In this document: positions 1-11,500 of the stretch, piece after piece
How the letters are laid out: the number at the start of each line of letters is the position of its first letter
Numbering within the stretch: position 1 is the stretch's first letter
Origin: Catajapyx aquilonaris
Lineage: Eukaryota
Direction: 5' to 3'
NCBI GenBank assembly: GCA_000934665.2
Contig: JYFJ02004197.1
Coordinates: forward strand, 1-34,007
Length of the DNA: 34,007 nucleotides
Translations under genes and position numbers: made by a program
Notes under the pieces: generated by a model
What the model was told of the DNA's origin: nothing
Database searches by the model: none
The model's input: only the letters and a program-made list of their open reading frames with translations

Positions 1-2306
1 GTTGCTTTGGAGTGAGTTGCAAATGTGCGATATATACAGGGGTCGATCGTTATTATAAGAGCAGCCATCTTCTACTGACCCTTCCGGGTTTTATGGCGCA
101 GTCGTTTGTGAGAGTAATTTATTGTAATGGAAGCTCAGCCGAATTGCACGTTATTCTTTGTTATTTAAATTAGGTTCGCGCTTGGAACAGCGAGGTGCGT
201 AGGGAATTATTGTGTGGACTAATAAGTTACATGCAATTTATCCAGGATATTGCATGACTGTTGGTTGTGAAATATTTGGAGTAGCTTTGGTTCAAACTGG
301 TCATTGCCATTTTGAGTAATATTGTTGAAATGCGTCCAATCCACTCGTGAAAATGATATTTGGTATTAAGTTTGTACTCGAATATTTTTAAGAGTGTACC
401 TTCCCAAAATACAGTGCTTTTATTGGAGAACTTTGAACCCTTTCGTATAGTGAAAACTATATATCTCAGCACCTTCGGGGTTTCTTAAATTTTGAAGAAA
501 AACTGATATCTTGCAGCTGATCCGTAGCTCGAGGTTATGGCACGCTTTTGCGAAAATTCCTGACTTATTAATCCACCGACGCAAACAAAAACGGAAGGTC
601 GTTTAGGGGTTGGTACGTCATGCATGCATCATATTGGCCGTAGTCAGTCTGTAGTCAGGAAAACATTCTGAAATGATACTAGCCTGTCCATTTGGTATTT
701 TGTAAGATATGCAGACCATTGATTTTCGAATTGATTGAAGGCAGAAATTTCCGTCTGCATTGTCACGCAAGAAACCAAGTAGGTTCCGCCGCTGACTTGT
801 GCACCGGAAAATCACTTCCGTCTCATAAAATATTCGGCGTGCCGCAAAGTAGCGGCTGCACAAAGGTCCTCCTGAGTATAAGCCCCGAAATTTCATTTAG
901 AGGGCGGGCAAATTTCATTCCTGCCTTGCAGACGCAACTCACGTCAAGTCTTAACTTTGAGCCGGGCGTGAACGCAACGCTGATGCACCTCGCTTGTTCC
1001 AGCACCGTGCAACAATAGGAACGTATCGGGTGTAGAGGAAAACACTGCAGTATCAGTGTCAAACGTTAAGGACATCGATATCGACCTAGTCTTGGTTGCT
1101 GGAGTGGGGGACAGTGGCCGTAAAATGAACTATGTTGTTGCAATTAATGTTAGTGCGAAGTAGGGACTGCGGCATTGCAGTGGTTACTTGGACATCGGGA
1201 TTCTTGGCCGGTTGCCTATATTATTTTGCAGCATGTCGAAAATGGACCGGGCAACTTTGCAATGTGTCAGGTTCAGAATATGTCAACTCTTCGGGAACGT
1301 AGAAGTTGGCAACCGGTGGGCCTCTGAGTCGTTTCAAGTGGGTGCGGATGCTTGCTGGGAAAGTTTTTTATTTTATTTTTTGTACTGGCGTCATTTTGGG
1401 GTGTATGAAAAACATGGGTTGCCGGAAGGAGGGTTTTGGTGGTTTCCATATTTGAAACTTAGGTAGGAGTTTTTGGCTTACAGTTAGTTTATGTGTAAGT
1501 GTCGGGTGATGAATGTTCCGGACGGTGTGCTACCTGCACGCTGCGAGGAATATTTAGTTTGGAGGTAATTTCGAATTCAGATAGTGCAAGATTGACATTT
1601 TGTAATATGACAGTGATTTCATTGCATGTACTGTATGAACATTACGCAACATAATATCGGGGAGAGGGCGACTATAGGCCTGTCTCAGTTAAACGTTTGA
1701 AGGCAAAAGTCGAATGTAGGGCGTATATTCTAATGCTGTAAATTGTTCAAAGTAATATCCTGGCTAACCTACTGAAAGTACAGTATCAGTCTTTGAGTAT
1801 AGCCTATTAAAACTTGTACGAGCTAAGATGTGCTGTTATAGATGTGGAATATGGGCAGAGTTTTTGTGGCTCGTGCTTTACAGTATGCATAAATGTTACC
1901 TCGCCCTATCGGATACCGAAATTTGAAGTGTAAACTTGACATTTGAAGCAATACAATATTATTTCAATGCTATTTTTTTTGCCAATTTTGGTATTTTTTA
2001 AATGACGGAAAAGTCTGACATGTTTCACTTTTTGGCTAATGTAATGTAGGATATTAATGAATGAAAGTAAAGTATTGTGCCCTGCAGCGGTAAGTGTCCA
2101 ACGTAGGGAAATTGAGTAAAATAGAACATTACCTTTGCCTGTAGAGTATATCCTGTGGGAAACTGGGAACAGGCTCATGCATAGAAATAGCATATTAGTT
2201 CTCATTAATTAGGCTCATATACCTGCATTTGGTACCGCATATGATCTTGCCACTTGCCAGTAGAGACTCTCCTTTAGTCACCGAATGGTATCCTACATTG
2301 TGGCTC

Positions 2307-2308
<2 letters not shown>

Positions 2309-2380
<72 letters not shown>
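2309..2380. repeat. (AAT)24 microsatellite
   Basis: Perfect AAT trinucleotide run, 72 bp, read directly. It generates the spurious poly-N/I/L ORFs at 2195-2508. Confidence 0.98.
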
Positions 2381-2382
<2 letters not shown>

Positions 2383-3152
2383 AGTAAGATACCAAATGAA
2401 GTTACTTATTTCCATTGTGATGGAAATGAGTATTGTTTTAGAGAGAGCGAAACTGGCGAGAACGTAATTATCAAATGAGGTTGCATATGTAGAGGCGCGG
2501 TTTCCCATTATGAATAGCTGTACCTATATACACTCAGTTACCTTTCGTGCAAGTAATTTGGTCAACAAGTAATTGCTCGCTGTACGGGGTAACTGTACTC
2601 CATCATCATTCAGCCCAAGGGCAATTTCCCTGGGCCGGGACCGACATCCCAGATTGCTACATGAATGGATTCACACACTGGAGTAGTATTGCCACGTCAT
2701 TCCTTTTTCCAAGTATTGTCACACTGTAGACGTAAGAGTACTCGACAGCAGGAACTTCCGACATTACAGTATACCCTAGTTGCTACAAGGATGTGCAGAA
2801 CGGCTATGGACTTTCATTTTCATTTTATTGTTTTTCAAATTTGGACATTATCATATGGGTCATATTTTGTAGTGGATACCCACAGATATGTCGCAGAATG
2901 TGCAAGTAGGGTTAAGTGCCCGAACAATCGAGGCTGCTCACTATACATCGAGTCCGAGCTTCCCTCCTCTGTTATGAAGTGTCCAAAACGTGTCAAAACT
3001 GCAATGATACGAAATGAAAGCAGTGACCGTCAGCCTCCCGATGCAGCAGCCGATCCGTACATGCACAGTATGGGTAGATGGGTGGGTGCGCATGTGTGGA
3101 GGCGGGTGTCGGCGCCGCGGGAGAGAAGAGAGGTTGGGCGCGGGCTGTAGGA

Positions 3153-3183
3153 GGGAGGGAGGGAGGGGTGGGAGAGAGAGAGA
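3153..3183 (+). promoter_or_regulatory. Promoter-proximal G-quadruplex-type tract followed by (GA)n GAGA element
   Basis: GGGAGGGAGGGAGGGGTGGG (3153-3172) has five G3+ runs with 1-nt loops and is followed directly by GAGAGAGAGAGA. It lies 45-75 bp upstream of the predicted TSS in a GC-rich island. The function is inferred. Confidence 0.5.
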
Positions 3184-3224
3184 CGTGCAGTGCAGTCAGG
3201 CCGTGCTGCAGAGAGTCAGCCGGG

Positions 3225-3260
3225 CTAGTAGTAGGTCGGAGTCGGCGGAGAGAGGACGTG
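3225..3260 (+). promoter_or_regulatory. TATA-less core promoter: Inr-like CTA(+1)GT with DPE at +28; predicted TSS ~3227
   Basis: CTAGT at 3225-3229 is a variant of the arthropod TCAGT/TTAGT Inr. GGACG(TG) at 3254-3260 matches the DPE consensus RGWYV and starts exactly at +28 from A3227, the strict Drosophila Inr-DPE spacing. The first ATG is 133 nt downstream. Confidence 0.55.
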
Positions 3261-3359
3261 CTGGGAGACCCACTCCCTTGATCTGAGAAAAGGTCATCGG
3301 CTAGAAGCAAGTGACTAGTGACATACCCCCGCCACAGCAGACACATACCCGGCGGAGCT

Positions 3360-3647
3360 ATGCAGCACCCGTGGCTGCTGCCTTGGGTGCAGTTCCAGAA
3401 GATGGTGGGTCTGCCCTGCCCACCATTTGCCACACACTTGGGCCCGCCCGTGGGACCGCCCGTGGCCCACGTGGGCCCACTGACCCAGCTGCCCACCCAT
3501 CACGCGCATCATGCCGCCTCGCACCTGCACGGTGGGGTCGGACCTTTGACCTCGCCGGTGCTGGCGGCCGCTGCGGCTGCGGCGGCTGCTGCGGCCGTCT
3601 CCAACTCCATCACCACCAACAGAACCACATTTTCCAGGATCAGAAAG
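3360..3647 (+). CDS. First coding exon (96 codons) of a large spliced gene; low-complexity Pro/His/Ala-rich N-terminus MQHPWLLPWVQFQKMVGLPCPPFATHLG...A11...NRTTFSRIRK
   Basis: GC-rich frame with strong third-position C/G bias and a mixed-codon poly-Ala tract. In-frame ATGs at 3360 and 3402 (the second in strong context, AAGATGG). Ends at donor AAG|GTACAC in phase 0, matching the phase-0 exon at 26007. No diagnostic domain is present, so the product is unassigned. Confidence 0.8.
3564..3596 (+). repeat. Poly-alanine (A11) coding tract
   Basis: GCG GCC GCT GCG GCT GCG GCG GCT GCT GCG GCC. Synonymous variation at position 3 supports the reading frame. Confidence 0.85.
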
Positions 3648-6600
3648 GTACACATGGTTGCATTGGTTGTCCCCCGGGGTTAGCGCCAAGCAGTCTGCCA
3701 ATCATGGCTGGAGGAAAAAAAAGTCCTGGTCATTGCTGGCACTTGTCCCGAATTTGGCTACTGTAAAAGCGGTTAACTGCGGATCAACTATGCATTGCTC
3801 ACGTTCAGATTGCCCTTTAGAATCAAAGTCAATATCCTAAATTTTGGTCGAGGGTCATCCAGTGTGTTTGAAAGTTCCGCGAGTGGGAATATTTTTGAGC
3901 CAAAAATAACATTTTGAGAAATTGCGTGTTTAGTCAGACTGTGTGGACCCACATCGATTTGCATGTTTTTTTTTTGCGCCGGGAAGGGGCGTATGTTGTG
4001 GGAGATAAAAATCCAGGCGAAGAGATTTCCCATAAGAGTACATGTGATTGCGCGACAGTTTATTTTTCATCCTGGAAGCGGGACGCGTTAAGTGCACAAT
4101 GTTGAATTCCACATTTTCTAGCTCTAGTTATTCGTACTTTTTTTTGCGCATTTTCGCACGTGCCGCATTACAGCAAAGCAGTTTAGCATACACACACTGG
4201 CATATGACGCAGCAGGGCCAACACCTGTGCATTCAATAGCCGAGTGTGGTTGGAGATATGGTTGAAATATCTCATCATTGGCGACTGCACGGCAGGATGT
4301 GAGCAAAATTCGAGATATACGTGGCAACACACATGGCGAACATGGGAAATGGACAGAGAAACGACGTGGAAAAAGGCACTAGATAGCTGGCGCAGCGCAT
4401 AAATCATAAGCAGAAGCCCTTCCCCATCCGAAAGCCCTTCTCTCACTTCACAGTGTCAAAATAATTGGACAGCGCTAATCTAAGCTTACATTGCGATAAA
4501 TTTTGAGGGAAAGAGCGGAGAACTTTTCTGGGTCGTTCTAACTTTTTAGGTGGTGTTATTTCGACCCACTTTTTTCCAGGTTGGTGCTTATATGCTAAGC
4601 CTTTTTTAGGGATTGTGCGTCCAGTGGGAATTTGCATTCGCAAGACGGGGTTAAGTTCACGGTCGTAGAAAGTGAGAGTTGCGTCTTAAGCATCCGGGAG
4701 CTGGCAGTACAATACCCTAAATTTGTGTACAGTGTTTTTGAATTTGTCTTGTGTAGGTGGTTGTGTACGTGTGGATTGTGATGCGATGGTGTGTTGTAAA
4801 TAGCGGTATTTGTATTACAAATAGAGTGGCACACTATTTGCTTTATGGGCCGGGCACTGCAACGTAATCCTCTTTTACATTCCAAATTGGTCAATTTTAC
4901 AGTTTCCTCATTGTCTCTAAATTTCAATTCAGCGCGATTTATGTTATTTGTAAAGCCGGATTCGACTGCATTTCAGCATGATAATTAGGAAGGAAGTTTA
5001 TGAACTAACGTGTGTTTGGGACACTTGCTGCTATCACAACATGCAGTGTGGCTGGTTAGGAACGTATGAGCCATTAATGACACATTTTGTTGACAGAAAT
5101 TGTAGTGTGTAGCATTATTTTCAGTACAATTTTATAATTTTCAAATTTTGTCAAATCTGTGCCTAAATGGTACGTTGTCAAATAAGAGAGAAAAAAGTAA
5201 TGAATCCCAATTTCCTCATGACCCCCAAAATGAACATTTGAGCAAATCTGTGCCAGATTGTCAGTCTCTCAAATGAAAACGTATAGAACTTGATTCAATC
5301 AATGACTCACAGCTGTGAAAACGAGTTTGAAATTTCTACCCGAAAAAATCACATTAAAAAAAACTGGAATGGTGCTCTTTCCCGCCTTGACCGTTTCTTG
5401 CGAACTGGAAGCTTTGCAGATCCAACCATCCACGACCGAATTGTCGTCGAATTATCATAAAACCCAACCAAAAATCCCCTACCCCCTTCCTAGCCAAGTG
5501 TGTTTTTTTTTCTTTGAATTTTTTTGTGTGTGGGGTGGGTCCTCCTATAACCCAAGAAGGTAGGCTATATTCCCCATTGGAGAGTGATGCATAATGCATG
5601 AGTTGGGTGGAATTTCTCCCATGATCCCTTCCCCTTTCCTGTCTGCTCCAGGGATCCTTTTCCACGCCACCGTGCACTTTACACGCCTTTTATTTCTCTC
5701 TCTCTTTCCACTCAGTATTCCGCAAAAATCCGATTTTTTTTTGCGTGTGCGACAACGAGTTACGCCTCTAGGTCTATTACTAGAAATTAATGCAAACAGT
5801 TGCAGGAGTTTCCGTTTGTGGCTTGAGAATACTGGAAGGTGTGAGCATTTTCGCACAGCCACCGTTTAATTTTCGTTAATTTATAATAATGCTTGATTAG
5901 GTAATGTACCATGGGGGCATTGTTTTGTTACTGTGTAATGGACACAATTAGCATCAGTCAGGGACAATCAAGCCAGAGCTCGCTAAAAAAAAATGAGGGC
6001 ATGTAACGGAAACAATTTTTCATGGCCACACTGTACGCGATACTGTATTGCAAAGTTTTTTTGTGTTTATCGGAGAAACTTGGCCGACTTTTTATAAAGT
6101 AAGCTTACAGGTTATGTGGTGGGCATGTAACAAAAAAATGAGGTAATAACTTTTGAATAGTGCGATTCATATTTTACGCACGTGACATTATTTGTTTCTC
6201 ACCATTTCAAATGAGGACATCGCATTTAAAAACCCGTAACAATCGTGCCCTAATTAGGCTGACAGCATCAAAATTAGTGTAATAACCTGCAAATTATTCC
6301 AGATTTGTCGTGATTTAAGTCATAAAATGGGACATTTTGGGTCATGAAGGCCCTTTCAGTTGCAATGAAAAAAGAGCCTTAAATTTTGGATCACTTTTAA
6401 AAAATTTAAAGTTCTCAATATCCATTGGCTCAGATATGCAAACTTTCATGCAGAGGCCAATTCATAACCACGTCCAGTTAGTCCATGGGGATTTTTCAGG
6501 CATGTCCACTCTGTTGGGCCACATGATTCCCATCCAATTACAACTGTTTCAAGAATCGTTGCATATACTTTTTATGTAAAGTTTAGTAATTGTAAAAGTG

Positions 6601-8355
6601 TTACTAGCCTCATTTGAACCCCTTGATTGGCAATCAATTACTTACAAATAAATTGCTAAGCACACAATGGCAGTTTGAGTGCGGATTGTGGTTGCTATTT
6701 ACAGCTCGTAAGCCCCTTGTTCGAGGCCATCTCGCCCAGGAATTAATACCAAATATATGTAAAGCAACACATCCTGAACATGACGTTCCATAAACCCCAA
6801 TGCCCAGCGGTAGGTTCTTAATACAATAGCCAATCCTTTTGCCCTTTCCTAAGTAACCTCGTTGCCAAGCAAAGTGATGCCGCAAAATATATCTCTCTCA
6901 TTCATCTCCCGCCGCCTTTTGTGCCTTTGGACTCATCTTTGCGCCCGCAAACAATAGTAGCATCCATCTCTAGAGAGACGGGATTTTCTCATGTGCAAAG
7001 ACCTCATCATCATTATCGCCTCTACGAACCTCCGCAAAAGCCTGGCCAAGAAAAGGGAAAATTCTGGGGAGCGGTCTTTTCATTAATTCTAGCATTTGTC
7101 TGGCCAAATCGGGTCCATCTTGACGAATATTTTGGGAAGAAAAGGCGCCAACATTATTATGCACCAACACGTAGTTATCAATGATTGTACTCCTGGTTGT
7201 TTGATTTACGCGGGTCACGTTATCGAAATAGTAGCGCGGAATTTCTTGCGTGCTTATCATAGCGTTAAAAAATATCACCCCTTTTTCACACGAGAAGACC
7301 CATTGCAATTAAAGGAATGTTGGCACTTTTTTTTTGTTTGCAAAGGACACGTGTCGTGACACACTTGCCCATGCCCTTGAAAGTTGGTGTGTGATGAAAA
7401 GAGCGATATATTTCGTCCTTAATTGGCCCTCTGTTTACAGGCTGAGAGTTGTGAAAAAAAAGCTTGACTCATTTCCTATCTGACGGTTAGCTCCAATCGG
7501 TTCTAAAATAATTATGACTTGGGGCGCGTGATGTAGAGCAGTCGTCACTACATGCATAAACGGGTCATTGACGCGTTCGGTGTCAGAGAGCGGAATTTTC
7601 CCCTTGGTATGCTGTTCCGAGCTATTTTAACTGCTTCATTCAACTTGACACGGCCTGAGTTTTCTTGAAAACAAAGACTGCTTTGGGAGAAGAGTCAGAA
7701 AAAAATGGGTGAAATAGAAATCCATGGCTGCTGCCATCAGGGAGAGATCCCTATGACTCGCCCTGTTTGTTTTGTCTGTCCAAAATGAGGACAGCTCTTC
7801 ATAAGAGCCGCTCAACGTTCAAAATTTCATTACGCTAGTCGATGATTTTTTTCCCTCCAAAACACGTTAATGGCGTGGTCGAGTGCAGTATACTTGAGCG
7901 TCATTGCAGGTGGCTCTTGCTTCGGAGACCAGACCGTGTAGCCCCCAGTCCTGTAAGTGCAAAATGGCTATTGGTATAGGCCTACGTATAACCCTAGTTT
8001 GGTATTAGCACAACATGATTATTTATTGTGTTCTGCACAGGTTGACGTCACATCTGCACACACAGTCACGTTGAAAGGAATGTATTAATAGCAGTCTGCC
8101 AGATGTAGCTTAATAATGAGAGCAGCCTCCCATATTCGAACCATTGTCTTTTATTGTACCAGCGTTCCACAGGGATGCATTATGATACTGCCGGATAATT
8201 TGGAATCGGCTGGAACATTGCTGGATTGATGCAATTCATATCTATCGCTTCAATACAATGTGCTCATATACTCGAGTGGTCGTACAATTATCTGCTATTC
8301 CATTCTTTAGGTCTTGATATCGACGTCGTTGAGTCTCCTTATTTGGGCTCATATA

Positions 8356-8513
8356 CAGGGTGTTCCAGATTCGTGGGTCACTTTTTGATAACTGATATCA
8401 CCCGATAGCAGTTATTTTTGTAGATTGTTGTGTCCCTAACCATGTGCCGTATTCTATAACAACTGATATATTCGACCCCCACAAAAAGTGACCCACGAAT
8501 CTGGAACACCCTG
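8356..8513. mobile_element. 158-bp MITE, Tc1/mariner superfamily
   Basis: Perfect 32-bp terminal inverted repeats CAGGGTGTTCCAGATTCGTGGGTCACTTTTTG (8356-8387 / 8482-8513). TA on both flanks (8354-8355, 8514-8515). No coding capacity. Confidence 0.92.
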
Positions 8514-11500
8514 TATGTTATGTCGAAAACATATATAGCACACTTATCGAAGCCTACTGACATGGACGAGTTTTTCCTACTGGTTATCGATAGAATGATC
8601 GCACACCTAGGTCCCTGAACGAACGGAATGATCCATTTACTCGATTACTTATGCATACGACAACAACCTATTGTAGCCCCCCTATTCGTGGTAGTGTGTC
8701 ACAATACCAGTCGCATGGGGAATATTTAATTCATTGTATTAAATGTAAGGAGGACGCATTTAATTGCCATTATGCCCTGCTCATTGATATAATCTACTCG
8801 AAACGTCACTTGCAAGGGATTTGTAAAGCTCTTTTTTCCCATTCCGTTGTGAAATGTGGCACAAATTGAAAGGACATTTTTCATGGACGCAAGAAATATC
8901 GAGGAAAAGAAGTACATGAGATGCGACATGCGGACCATTCGGATTCGGGAGTTGTGGGCGACAGATGACAAATGAGACCAAAGTGGAGACGTAATCAATC
9001 AGACTTGGGAGCAGATTTAAGGGAGCATAATAAATCGCGGCGAATGGCTCCCCAAGGCACGTTTACATCACGAGTATAATAGTAGTAATAGGGTGATGTA
9101 GGACTTAGCTGGACCGACCAATCGATGCGAATGGGAGGGTCAGCGACTTACAAATTGATACTAGCTGATCATAATTTGCCTCCTTCGGGGGCTCTTCAGT
9201 TTTAAGGCGGGCCTTTTTCTCTGTCTAGACTGAGCTATTTTAGGTTATTAGTGAGGGGTGTGTCCTGCACCCTTAAGAAGGTTTTCCGAATAAGAAAAAT
9301 TTAGGTATTAAGGTTTTGAAGGTTACATAGGTCAGGAATGTAGAGGTTAATTTGGAACTGCAAGTGACAATACATAATAAAATATACTGCTGTAGGCGCA
9401 TAAAATTTTGAGTATAGGTAAAGATAATGCAACGTTAAGTTGAATGGTCGTCAATTTTTATACATGCCGCATGAAGTGAATGATTATGCCGCATGTACTA
9501 TAACCCATAGTATTTTAATGCATGTTAAATATTTAGTGTACTCTAAAGGTTAGAGTAGCGCAAAATTTGCTCATATGTGGTGTAGATTATGGTGCGAAGG
9601 CAAACTACGTATCGATTCGACGAATTTGGGTTGACGACAGTGTACAAGTTCGCAAACTTTATATATGCCACGCTACACGCAGTATATGGCATCCGCTCAT
9701 CACGCTGGCAAAGTTCCAGATTAATGGCTTTCTAATTTAGCACCACGTCGGTGCAAATTTACAATTTTATCGGTTGAACATTCGGGCGACACCGGAGTTA
9801 ACTCTGTTATAACTTCTGAGAACACAATGAAAAGCCGCGCCTCAAAATGGTCTAAATCCACTCGCAGAATGGATCTCGGGTTTTGCGGTGATTTGGGAAA
9901 ACAAAATGCGGGGCCGCTTTTTGGGCAAGTCCGTGGGTGGGGAGGCCGAGGGATTTGCGAGAGCAGTGGGGATCCACTAATCTGGCTCATTAGCGTATAA
10001 TTCGCAGGTAATAAATCCGGGGCAGTATCCGGGGCAGAAAAGGACTGTGCTCAACAACCATTATCACTCCCTTTGAGCCGCGGGGACAATGTGTGGTTGG
10101 GCACAAAGGGGGACGACTATAGTCACACCCAATTCGCCTCTAATTTGTAGATGGCGACTTCACTCATGGCTTGTGCTACGTGGCTAGGTGGTTCCTGGAC
10201 TAGACTTGCTGAATATTTCACCTAGTGGCCGCCTCAAGGAAGCGTCTGGTGTCAAATATTGCAAGTCTGGCCTGGAATTATGTAGGGTAAGAGGTACGTG
10301 TCAATGTCCACCAGGGTCGCATTACTTATTAACAGGTAGGCTGACACCTGTCTTGAAGGACTTGAGGGTCCGGGCACACCAGCAATCGTGATGAGAAACA
10401 TCATGACTTCAACAACACTTGAGGAAGCAGTGAGATCTGACCTATACCTAGGCCATCTTCTGACCCGCAGTCATTCAGGGTCGTGGTCCGGCTGTTTCAC
10501 GACTGATTACAACATCACAAGTCCGCCACCGTCCACCCTCCAGAATCTACGCCATCTCTTGACTAAACCGTCGCAACTCACCCCATATTGTGGACGCGAC
10601 GTTTATTACGTCGCGTTTCCTGTGGCCGGGGCCTAACTCGCCGGAAAAGGAGCCGAAAATGTTAATCTAAGTGAGAAGTAATTTCGCGCGACTAGCAGGG
10701 GTCTGGGTCGCCATTTCCTTCGGCGGCAGGAAGATGACAGAGCGTCGAAGTCAAATTGGCCATCTTGGGTGCAGAGGAAGAGGAATTTCACGGCACATTG
10801 AGCGGGAAATTCGGGGTCAAATGGGCTGCGTATTCAGTCATTCAGAGTCGGGCATGATGTCGTCCCCCTCTTCCCCTTCCATCGGGGCCTGAAAGACAGA
10901 ATCAGTGTGTTGGAGTGTGCTTAAGCCAAGTTTGGGGCTCGGTGGATGCCGCTCACGGGACTATAAACCCACACAAAGGGGGCTGAAAGTGACCGCGGAT
11001 GTCTGCCGGCCCAAAATTATGACTACATAAGCTTCCCCCAACTGTTTACATCGCCTCCCCCGCTTGTTTTTTTGTTATCGTCGGTGGTTAATACCGACAG
11101 CTGCGGTCACCCTGGCTGTCCGCCATGTTTTCCGGCAAGCTCGTTTCTAAGAGGTTCGATTTCTCCGTCATAAGTGCTGCTAACTACGTCGTTGTCCTCA
11201 CGGCATGAAATTGCACCAAAATAAATTAATCATATAAATTGCAAATGTTCCAACACGTGCAATCAGATACACTTGATTCGATGGCGTGTACTCATATATG
11301 CAGAGTGCGAAAGGCCCTTTTGGGTAGCTATTAATGGTGGCAGGAATGTGTGTAGTGGCTGTTCCGGATCAATTGTCCCACTCGTGTATGTATCCGGAGA
11401 AGGTCGGAGAATTTGGGCGAAAGGGAGTGGAGGAAGGGTAGGGCCGTGCTAAATAAATGATTCGGGGCTGCAATGAGTGGCTCGTAAATTAAGCGCATTG

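Noticed and set aside
94..182. Pol III A-box-like TGGCGCAGTCG and B-box-like GGTTCGCGC (tRNA/SINE)
   Set aside because: Poor B box, long AT-rich spacer and no cloverleaf.
36..600. TA-CAGGGG start and AACTGATATC-type motifs suggesting a decayed mariner-like element
   Set aside because: No matching inverted end or second TSD could be found.
2195..2508. Poly-Ile/Asn/Leu ORFs (also 24485-24899)
   Set aside because: Artefacts of translating (AAT)n microsatellites.
3618..3647. NRTTFS resembling the N-terminal arm of a paired-type homeodomain
   Set aside because: No preceding basic residues, no following QLxxLE helix, and the next exon is not a homeodomain.
3311..3766. Overlapping open frame ending ...QLHHHQQNHIFQDQK, also open through exon 2 (dual coding or frameshift error)
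   Set aside because: It has no ATG before the donor and only a weak GTG. The His/Gln look is explained by the C-ending codons of the main frame shifted by one base.
4571..4585. TTTTTCCAG|GTTGGT as a recursive splice site (similar AG|GT at 8040 and 17643)
   Set aside because: The regenerated donors or pyrimidine tracts are weak; expected by chance in 22 kb.
9204..9218. Hairpin plus T-run resembling a rho-independent terminator
   Set aside because: Eukaryotic intron context and a trivial stem.
10388..10463. Box C (GTGATGA) ... box D (CTGA) snoRNA-like arrangement
   Set aside because: No terminal stem and no recognisable rRNA/snRNA antisense element; similar box pairs occur elsewhere by chance.
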